A stretch of DNA of 64,000 bases, from positions 3,857 through 67,856 of the forward strand of contig CACWVU010000003.1 of the NCBI GenBank assembly GCA_902764415.1, in the 5' to 3' direction. Shown here one piece after another: positions 23,651-30,569 of the stretch. This DNA is from an uncultured bacterium (GTDB taxonomy: Bacteria > Verrucomicrobiota > Kiritimatiellia > RFP12 > UBA1067). Each line of letters opens with the position of its first letter. The first letter of the stretch is position 1. The position numbers were made by a program, and so were the translations under genes. Below the pieces are notes generated by a model. The model did no database searches and was not told the DNA's origin. It was given only the letters and a program-made list of their open reading frames with translations.

Positions 23651-26600
23651 ATGAAGATCAACTATCGCTTTTTCGCCTTGGCTTGCGCTGCCGCCTGCTG
23701 TCCGCTTGCGGGCTTTGCCGCGGCTGCGGCGGCCACGTTTTCGTTTGGCGAGGTCAAGGTCGACTGCGAGGAGCGCGACGGCTGGAAGCTTGCGTTTTCC
23801 CGCGAAGTCGCGCCTGATGGCGCGGAGATCGCGAAGATCGCGCTCGACTGCGCGGAGGCGAAGACGCCGCCGAAGACGCGGCTGTCGCTCGCCGTCCCGC
23901 AGGTCGGCATGGACTACGCCTGGAACGTCAACACTGGCGACTGCGGCATGCGCCCGAACTGGGGCGCGAACTCGAGCACCGAGGTCGCGCAGGGGATGCC
24001 GGTCTTCGTCTACTTCGACGGCAACGACACGAGCCATTTCTCCGTCGCGGCCGAGGAGTGCGTGCACCACCTCAACTACAAGGGCGGCGTCCGCGAGGAG
24101 GGGAGCCTCCTCGAGATCGGCATCGGCTGGTTCGAGACGCCCGAGGCCCCGATCTCGCACTACGAGACGCGCGTGAGGTTCGACGCGCGCGCGAGGGGAT
24201 TCGCCGACGCGGTGCGCGAGGCCGTCGCGTGGATCGAGCGGACGGCGGGCATCGCGCCGTGCCGCGTTCCCGCGTCCGCGTGCGACCCGCTCTACTCGAG
24301 CTGGTACTGCTTCCACCAGGACGTCCACGCCGCCGACATCGAGGCGGAGCTCGCGATCGCGGCGAAGCTCGGCATGAAGACGTTCATCCTCGACGACGGT
24401 TGGCAAATGGAGGATACGAGCCGCGGTTATGCGTTCTGCGGCGACTGGCAGGTGGCGCCGCGGCTTTTCCCGGACATGGCCGCGCACGTGAAGAGAGTGC
24501 AGGACATGGGGGTAAAGTACATGGTGTGGTACTCCGTCCCGTTCGTCGGGCAGAAGAGCGTGAACTACGAGCGGTTCAAGGGCAAGTACCTCTACGAGAA
24601 CCCCGGCATCGGCGCCGCCGTCCTCGACCCGCGCTTTCCGGAGGTGAGGCAGTTCCTCGTCGATACGTACGTGAAGGCGCTCAAGGACTGGAACATCGAC
24701 GGCTTCAAACTTGACTTTATTGATTCGTTCGCGATCTGGGGAGAGGATCCTGCCGCAAAGGAGAATTACGCAGGGCGCGACATCAAGTCGCTTCCGCTCG
24801 CGGTAGACGCCCTGATGACCGAGGTCAAGAACGCGCTTACGGCGATAAAGCCCGACATTCTCGTCGAGTTCCGCCAGAGCTACGTCGGACCCGCGATCAG
24901 GAAGTACGGCAACATGCTGCGCGTGGGCGACTGCCCCGGCAACCTCCGCCGCAACCGCTTCGCGATCGCGAACCTGCGCCTCGCGTCGGGCGGGACGGCG
25001 GTCCATTCCGACATGCTGGAGTGGAACTTCGCGGACAGCCCCGAGCACGCCGCGCTCTACGTGATCAACTCCATGTTCGGCGTCGTGCAGTATTCGGTCA
25101 TGCTCCGCGACGCGCCGAAGGAGCACCTCGCGATGGTGGAGAAGTGGATCAAGTTCTCGCAGGACCACCGCGACACTCTGCTCAACGGCAAGTTCACGCC
25201 GCGCCATCCCGAGCTCCAGTATCCCGTCATCGAGGCCGAGGGCGACGACGAGGTCGTCATCGGGCTCTACGACGACGGCCGCGTAGTGGACGTTCCCGAG
25301 GGGAAGAGGACGTTCGTGATGAACGCGTCGGGCAAGGACTCCTTCGTCGTCCGCCGCGGCGGAAAGCTCTCCGAAGTCGCCTGCAAGTCGGGCGACTGGA
25401 TCGAGTTCCGCGCGCCGCCGCCGCCCGAGACCGACTGGATGGCCGGCAAGATCGGCGCGTTTGTCCACTACTGGCCGGGCCTCGCCGGGCACGAGGCGAA
25501 GAAGTTCGACGTCGAGCAGCTGAAGCGCGACCTCGTCGCCGCGGGCGTGGACTACTTCTTCCTCACGCTCGGCCAGAACGCGGGGACGTACATCGCGCCC
25601 AACGAAACCTACGATCGCCTCACGGGCCACAAGCGCGGCGAGGCGACGGCGGCCTGCAATGGTCGCGACATTCCGCGTGAAGTCATCGAGGCGCTCAAGG
25701 GCACCGGCATCAAGTTCTGCCTCTACCTTCCCTGCCGCGGCCCCGGGCGCGCGCCGGAGGACTGCGAGAAGCTGGGCTACATCCCTTCGCGCGACGACCA
25801 CTCGGACTGCACCGACACGCCCGAGGGCCTCGAGAACTGGTGCAAGGTCATCGCGGAGTGGAGCGAGCGCTACGGCCGCGACGTCCACGCCTGGTGGTTC
25901 GACGGCGCGGGCGGCCCCGGCTTCGGCGGCGACCGCGAGACGCTGGCGATCCGCGCCGCCGCGCGCCGCGGCAATCCCGACGCGGTCTGCGCCTTTGCGA
26001 AGAAGATCGTCGACTACGACCACGGCTTCCGCTGGGTGCTGGGCATGGACCGCAAGGAGGGCCGCGAGCTCGATACGCTCTTCACCGACTACAACTGCCG
26101 CGGCGAGGCGAGGCACGACGTGTGGGCGGGATGCGACTTCACGGCCGGCGAGGCGACTAACCCGATGCGCCTTCCCTGCGACGGACGCGAGGTGCTTGGC
26201 CGCCAGTGGTTCACGCTCACCTACCTGGGCGGCATGTGGGGATGGACGGACGTCCGCCACACCGACAATGTCTGGTCTGACTGGATGAAGCGCGTCATTC
26301 CGCTCGGCGCGAGCGTCTGCTTCGACGTCGGCTTCGTCCACGAGGACGGCAGGATGTCGCCGGCGCAGGTCGCGCAGCTCAGGCGCATCGTCGCGCTCGC
26401 GCGCGGCAAACCTGACGCGGAGACCGCCGCGCGGCACGAGCGCGAGACGAAGGTCGTCAGCGCGCTCAGGGACGTCGAGCTGGCGTATGGACGCGGATGC
26501 GAGAATCCGCTCTGTCTTGAAGACAGGGACACGGGCGACGCCGAGATCCGCGCCGCGCTCGACAAGGACGGCGCGGTGTTCGTGAACGAGCGCGCGAAGG

Positions 26601-27247
26601 CGACGGTGATCGGAAGCGATCTCGTGCTGAAGCAGGGGCAGGTGTTCATCGGCGACAAGGATTCGAAGTTCGCCGCGCCGGAAGGGAAGCGCGTCACGGT
26701 GAAGCTGGCGGACGGCGTGATGTTCGAGGGCGGCACCTGGAAGGGCGTCGACTTCGACCTCAGGGGCTGCAGGCACTTCATCTTCCGCCGCGTGTGGACG
26801 GAGGACTGCCGCGTGCTCACGGACGGCGCGTCAGAGTGCGTGATAGAATACCTCACATCGCCGAATCCGACACCGAAGCAGGTTTTCGAGATAATCTGCT
26901 CGGGGGAGGAAGCATCACACAGAGTCACAGAGACACAGAGGGCTAGGGGCCTGTGTGCGGCGCTGTGTATGAAACTCCGATCCGTGGGGCTCTCGCTACC
27001 GCTCCGCAGAATGGACTATGCTTCGCATTTGACATTCGTCATTACACGGACACTCTTACCGTGTTTTATATCTGCGGCTTCGCCGCAGGGGGCTCTTATG
27101 GGGGTCTGGGGGCTGCGCCCCCAGTTAAAAAAAACTTTGCGTTCTTTGTGTTCTTTGCGGCTGACAAAACCTGCCGTGGATCTGAATTGGGGTTGCGAGA
27201 TGCGAAGCTGTGGAGCGGTAGCGAGAACCCCAACCATCGGAGTTTAA
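23651..27247 (+). CDS. secreted two-domain glycosidase: clan GH-D (GH27/GH36-like) alpha-galactosidase-type barrel + second GH29-like domain; the last ~110 codons are translated repeat element (true 3' end uncertain)
   Basis: Signal MKINYRFFALACAAACCPLAGFAAA. Clan GH-D motifs are FILDDGWQ, GFKLDFIDSF and NMLRVGDCP. The second domain runs from ~25.43 kb (WMAGKIGAFVHYWPG ... HAWWFDGAGG). The ORF reads through outer IR 26916-26941 and element copy B to TAA 27245-27247. Confidence 0.75.
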   Translation: MKINYRFFALACAAACCPLAGFAAAAAATFSFGEVKVDCEERDGWKLAFSREVAPDGAEIAKIALDCAEAKTPPKTRLSLAVPQVGMDYAWNVNTGDCGMRPNWGANSSTEVAQGMPVFVYFDGNDTSHFSVAAEECVHHLNYKGGVREEGSLLEIGIGWFETPEAPISHYETRVRFDARARGFADAVREAVAWIERTAGIAPCRVPASACDPLYSSWYCFHQDVHAADIEAELAIAAKLGMKTFILDDGWQMEDTSRGYAFCGDWQVAPRLFPDMAAHVKRVQDMGVKYMVWYSVPFVGQKSVNYERFKGKYLYENPGIGAAVLDPRFPEVRQFLVDTYVKALKDWNIDGFKLDFIDSFAIWGEDPAAKENYAGRDIKSLPLAVDALMTEVKNALTAIKPDILVEFRQSYVGPAIRKYGNMLRVGDCPGNLRRNRFAIANLRLASGGTAVHSDMLEWNFADSPEHAALYVINSMFGVVQYSVMLRDAPKEHLAMVEKWIKFSQDHRDTLLNGKFTPRHPELQYPVIEAEGDDEVVIGLYDDGRVVDVPEGKRTFVMNASGKDSFVVRRGGKLSEVACKSGDWIEFRAPPPPETDWMAGKIGAFVHYWPGLAGHEAKKFDVEQLKRDLVAAGVDYFFLTLGQNAGTYIAPNETYDRLTGHKRGEATAACNGRDIPREVIEALKGTGIKFCLYLPCRGPGRAPEDCEKLGYIPSRDDHSDCTDTPEGLENWCKVIAEWSERYGRDVHAWWFDGAGGPGFGGDRETLAIRAAARRGNPDAVCAFAKKIVDYDHGFRWVLGMDRKEGRELDTLFTDYNCRGEARHDVWAGCDFTAGEATNPMRLPCDGREVLGRQWFTLTYLGGMWGWTDVRHTDNVWSDWMKRVIPLGASVCFDVGFVHEDGRMSPAQVAQLRRIVALARGKPDAETAARHERETKVVSALRDVELAYGRGCENPLCLEDRDTGDAEIRAALDKDGAVFVNERAKATVIGSDLVLKQGQVFIGDKDSKFAAPEGKRVTVKLADGVMFEGGTWKGVDFDLRGCRHFIFRRVWTEDCRVLTDGASECVIEYLTSPNPTPKQVFEIICSGEEASHRVTETQRARGLCAALCMKLRSVGLSLPLRRMDYASHLTFVITRTLLPCFISAASPQGALMGVWGLRPQLKKTLRSLCSLRLTKPAVDLNWGCEMRSCGAVARTPTIGV

Positions 27248-27275
27248 AACCTCTGTGTCTCCGTGCCTCTGTGTG
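26916..27275. repeat. nested-palindrome repeat element copy B (26971-27245) enclosed by an outer 26-nt inverted repeat of CACAGAG-type words
   Basis: The outer arms are cacacagagtcacagagacacagagg (26916-26941) and cctctgtgtctccgtgcctctgtgtg (27250-27275), complementary at 24 of 26 positions. The inner element is collinear with copy A (1451-1797) and lacks its 72-nt segment. Confidence 0.85.
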
Positions 27276-27333
27276 AACAAAATCCGTCAAGGTTTTAAAG
27301 AACTAAACAATCAAACAGAAAGGAAAACAAAAC

Positions 27334-28554
27334 ATGATCAGCAGAAGGTCGTTTATTGGCGCGGGGTCCGCGCTTCTCGCTGTCGCCGGGTGCGCGACCG
27401 CCGGCAAGGATGAGAAGAAAGAGGTGATGCAGGGCTTCGACGAGAACTTCGCCGGAAAGCTCTCCGGAACGGAGTGGAAGCCGTTCTCCGACAAGAAGGT
27501 CCGCGTCGGCATCGCGGGCGAGGGCGTGTGCAACTTCGGCTCCGCCTTCGCCTACCAGACGCACCCGAACGTCGAGGTGGTCGCAGTCACCGACCTCGAT
27601 CCCGAAAAGTGCAAGCAGCTCCAGGAGCGCACGAAGGCGCAGAAGACCTATCCGAGCTGCGAGGAGCTCATCAAGAACGCCGCGGCGGACAAGATCGAGG
27701 CGCTCTACATCGCCACGGACGCGCCGAGCCATGCGCGACTTGCGATCATGGCGCTCGAGCACGGGCTCAACGTCGCGAGCGCCGTGCCGGCGTTCTTCGG
27801 CAAGGACCAGCTTGAGCTCGTCCCGAAGATCGTCGAGGCGGCGAAGAAGAGCGGCAAGCTCTATATGATGAACGAGACGACGGCGTTCCGTCCCGAATGC
27901 GTCGCGATGCGCGCGCTCTTCGAGGGCGGGGCGCTCGGCAAGCACGTCTACACCGAGGGCGAATACTTCCACTACTGGGGGCAGAACGGGATCGCGTCGT
28001 ACAACGGCTGGCGCCACGGCCTGCCGCCGCAGTACTATCCGACGCACTCGAACGGCTTCTACACCTGCTCGACTCACGGCTCGTTCACCGAGGTCATGTG
28101 CGTCGGCATCACGAGCGACCTCCCCGACTTCAAGGATGGGAAGAATCCCCACAAGAACCCGTTCGGCTCGGAAGTCGCGCTCTTCAAGACGTCCGACGGC
28201 GGCGCGGCGCGCATGGGGGTCATGTGGGACGCGCCCGGCTACCACGGCGAGACGGGACGCATCAACGGCTCCAAGGGGAGCTACGGCACCTACACGTCCA
28301 ACTACGAAGGACAGGAGAAGGCGCTCGCCGCGAAGATCAACATCCTGAAGGCCCCGCTGCCGCCCGGCGTCAATGCCGGCTGGCACGGCGGTTCGCACGC
28401 GTACCTTACGGACGACTTCATCCGCGGCATTCTCGTTCCCGGGCACAAGGTGTGCTGCGGCCTCAAGACGGCGCTTGACACGACGATCGCCGGCGTGTAT
28501 GCGCACATGTCGGCGCTCAAGGGCGGCGAGACCCTGAAGATCCCCCAGATCTGA
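27334..28554 (+). CDS. Gfo/Idh/MocA-family NAD(P)-dependent oxidoreductase with twin-arginine signal (possible GH109-like enzyme)
   Basis: TAT-type N-terminus MISRRSFIGAGSALLAVAGCATAG. Rossmann start KVRVGIAGEGVCNFG, then HPNVEVVAVTDLDPEKCKQL. ATG 27334 follows aaaggaaaa. Confidence 0.85.
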   Translation: MISRRSFIGAGSALLAVAGCATAGKDEKKEVMQGFDENFAGKLSGTEWKPFSDKKVRVGIAGEGVCNFGSAFAYQTHPNVEVVAVTDLDPEKCKQLQERTKAQKTYPSCEELIKNAAADKIEALYIATDAPSHARLAIMALEHGLNVASAVPAFFGKDQLELVPKIVEAAKKSGKLYMMNETTAFRPECVAMRALFEGGALGKHVYTEGEYFHYWGQNGIASYNGWRHGLPPQYYPTHSNGFYTCSTHGSFTEVMCVGITSDLPDFKDGKNPHKNPFGSEVALFKTSDGGAARMGVMWDAPGYHGETGRINGSKGSYGTYTSNYEGQEKALAAKINILKAPLPPGVNAGWHGGSHAYLTDDFIRGILVPGHKVCCGLKTALDTTIAGVYAHMSALKGGETLKIPQI

Positions 28555-28559
28555 AGGCG

Positions 28560-29936
28560 ATGAGAAACCTCTGCGGAACGATCCTTGCCGCGGCGATGCT
28601 CGCGGCAGGGATCGGATGCGGTCGGCGCGGCGACGAGGCCAGCTTCGCGACGTTCGACGCCAGGGCGAGGGCGGGCGAGAGCCTTACCGTCGCCTACTTC
28701 GGCTGCTCGCTCATGTGGAGCGCAAACGCCTCCGAGCCGAACGAGACCGGGTTCCGCGGGCTCATGTCGCGCTATCTGGAGAAGCGGTATCCCAAGGCGC
28801 ATTTCCGCTTTGTGGATGCCTCGGTCGGCGGCACGGGCGCGATGCTGGGCGTGTTTCGTCTCGAAAGGGACGTCCTGTCCAGGCAGCCGGATCTCGTGTT
28901 CCTCGACTTCGCGTGCAACGACGGCTGGGACGGCAAGGCGCTGGCGACGACCTGCTGCTACGAGTCAATCGTCCGGCGACTGGTCGGCGACGGCATTCCC
29001 GTGATGCAGATGTTCTTCACCTTCCGGTTCTGGCTCGAGGGGTCGCTTGAGCCGGGAGCCGAGACGGCCGTCCACCAGCGGATAGTGCCGTACCGCCGCC
29101 TTGCGGAGGAGTACGCGACCGGCGTCGGCGACGTGTACCGGGACTCGCCGCTCGTCGCCGACCTGAAAAGCGGCAAGACCACGTTCGACGCCGTGTGGCC
29201 GATCGACGGCGGGCACCCCGCCGACCTCGGCTACCACTACTTCGCGGAAGCCGCCTTTGCCGGCTTCGAGCGGGCGGTCAGGGAGGGAACAGTCTGCCGC
29301 GTTCCGGAAAAGCCGGTGTTCGGGACGGTGGCGGATGTGCAAAGACTTGATTTTAGCCACAACCACCTTCGCCATCCGCCTACGCAAAGACTACGGCGGA
29401 CAAGAGGCTACGGTGGTCAAGAAGAACGCAAAGAACGCAAAGGGATTTGCGGCAATGGATTTGTGGCTGGCGCAAACACAAATTCCTGGCGCAGGGCGCT
29501 TACGTACCGCACTTCGCTTTGGTACGACGGGCTTTCCTCGCGGTGGATGGACGATGTGCTGGCATTCTCCGGCACGAACCGCGCGCCCGTGTCCGTGGAG
29601 GCGGCGGGCAACATGCTGGGCGTGTTCGGCGAGGCGGACGAGAACGCGCTGACGGCGGCGATTCTCTGCGACGGGGAGAAGATCGCGGACTTCAACGCCT
29701 ACCACAACGCCGGCAAGGGGCGGCTCTTCTTCTGGCGGGACGTGCTGCTGAAGGATTATGCGAAAGGGGAGTCCGCGGCGCATAAATGGATCGTCGACCC
29801 CGTCCCCGACGGCAAGGGAGAGTTCCGGATCGGCGCCATCTGCACGGCGACGATCAAGCCGGAGGCGGAATTCGCCGGCGACGCCGGCTCAGATTTCGAC
29901 ATCTCCGCCATCGACCATGCCCGCGGCGTGAAGTAA
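28560..29936 (+). CDS. SGNH/GDSL-family hydrolase (lipoprotein-like signal) + C-terminal beta-rich domain, with in-frame repeat insertion in the linker
   Basis: Signal/lipobox MRNLCGTILAAAMLAAGIGCG. SGNH blocks are VAYFGCSLMWS, DLVFLDFACNDG and WPIDGGHPADLGY. ATG 28560 lies 5 nt after the upstream TGA, with gaagg as SD. Confidence 0.8.
   Translation: MRNLCGTILAAAMLAAGIGCGRRGDEASFATFDARARAGESLTVAYFGCSLMWSANASEPNETGFRGLMSRYLEKRYPKAHFRFVDASVGGTGAMLGVFRLERDVLSRQPDLVFLDFACNDGWDGKALATTCCYESIVRRLVGDGIPVMQMFFTFRFWLEGSLEPGAETAVHQRIVPYRRLAEEYATGVGDVYRDSPLVADLKSGKTTFDAVWPIDGGHPADLGYHYFAEAAFAGFERAVREGTVCRVPEKPVFGTVADVQRLDFSHNHLRHPPTQRLRRTRGYGGQEERKERKGICGNGFVAGANTNSWRRALTYRTSLWYDGLSSRWMDDVLAFSGTNRAPVSVEAAGNMLGVFGEADENALTAAILCDGEKIADFNAYHNAGKGRLFFWRDVLLKDYAKGESAAHKWIVDPVPDGKGEFRIGAICTATIKPEAEFAGDAGSDFDISAIDHARGVK
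29355..29468 (+). repeat. composite palindromic repeat inserted in frame in the SGNH gene linker
   Basis: The inverted repeat agccacaa (29355-29362) / ttgtggct (29461-29468) spans 114 nt, or 38 codons. The interior aagaacgcaaagaacgcaaagg matches the reverse complement of elements A/B at 21 of 22 nt. It is followed by tttgcgg, and ctacggcgg/ctacggtgg is a direct repeat. It translates ..HNHLRHPPTQRLRRTRGYGGQEERKERKGICGNGFVA.. Confidence 0.7.
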
Positions 29937-29977
29937 GGCACGAAGCGCTGGCGAAAAGTTGTCTACAGCTGGAATTG

Positions 29978-30010
29978 TCAAGGGGTAGATTATTGTAGAT
30001 AGCCCCTTGA
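29978..30010 (+). promoter_or_regulatory. stem-loop between the SGNH gene and the giant-gene operon (weak terminator or operator), overlapping the -35 box
   Basis: tcaagggg (29978-29985) and ccccttga (30003-30010) form an 8-bp stem around a 17-nt loop (tagattattgtagatag). Confidence 0.3.
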
Positions 30011-30035
30011 TTCCAACAGTATATTTTGGTATTAT
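30007..30035 (+). promoter_or_regulatory. sigma70-like promoter upstream of the small gene and the 10,451-aa gene
   Basis: TTGATT (30007-30012), a 17-nt spacer, then TATTAT (30030-30035), inside the only AT-rich tract of the region (29.94-30.09 kb). Confidence 0.45.
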
Positions 30036-30088
30036 GCACATTGTTTGATGGGGGCATAGTGTCTTCATCAGGCGCGACATGTAGATAA

Positions 30089-30559
30089 ATGATGAAAAAC
30101 ACGAGTAGATATCTCGTGCCAATTGTGCTTGGCGCAGTTGGCGTAGGGGTGGTTTGTCTCCTTTGTTTTCGCGGCTGCGGCAAAGGCGGCGAGTCCGACA
30201 ATGCGGCGGCGCAGGCGGCCTTGGCCGAGGCGCGCAAGGCGGAGCTGGACGCGAAGATGCGTGAGTCGTACGAACGCCGCATCGAGATCGCGCAGGTGCG
30301 CGAGGTGATTGCCGAGCAGATGCGGAAGATGGTCGACGCGATGCGCGAGAAGATGCCGGGCGCGAGCGACGACGAGGTGCTCGCGGCGCTGGAGAAGGAG
30401 CAGGAGTGGCGCTCGCTCCGCCGCCGGATAGTCGATTTGGAAACGGCTAACGCCGACAACCGGCGCAGGACCGGCGAGGTTCTGCGCGAGTACAAGGACG
30501 TCGCTGCGCCGACGCCGGAGAAGTCTCCGGCGGATGGCGACGGCGGCGAAGGAAAGTAG
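30089..30559 (+). CDS. small membrane-anchored coiled-coil protein (156 aa), unknown function, probably co-transcribed with the giant gene
   Basis: N-terminal TM helix YLVPIVLGAVGVGVVCLLCF. A charged heptad-like helical region follows (AAAQAALAEARKAELDAKMRESYERRIEIAQVREVIAEQMRKMVDAMREK). Codon use is G/C-ending like the neighbours. The stop lies 10 nt before ATG 30570. There is no obvious SD. Confidence 0.65.
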   Translation: MMKNTSRYLVPIVLGAVGVGVVCLLCFRGCGKGGESDNAAAQAALAEARKAELDAKMRESYERRIEIAQVREVIAEQMRKMVDAMREKMPGASDDEVLAALEKEQEWRSLRRRIVDLETANADNRRRTGEVLREYKDVAAPTPEKSPADGDGGEGK

Positions 30560-30569
30560 GTAGTAATCT

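Noticed and set aside
29937-30088. A tRNA, small RNA or riboswitch in the AT-rich spacer before the giant-gene operon, and in the other spacers.
   Set aside because: No cloverleaf-compatible stems or conserved riboswitch cores were recognisable by eye. The spacer is better explained by a promoter plus one stem-loop. A covariance-model scan (Infernal/Rfam, tRNAscan-SE) would be needed to exclude this fully.
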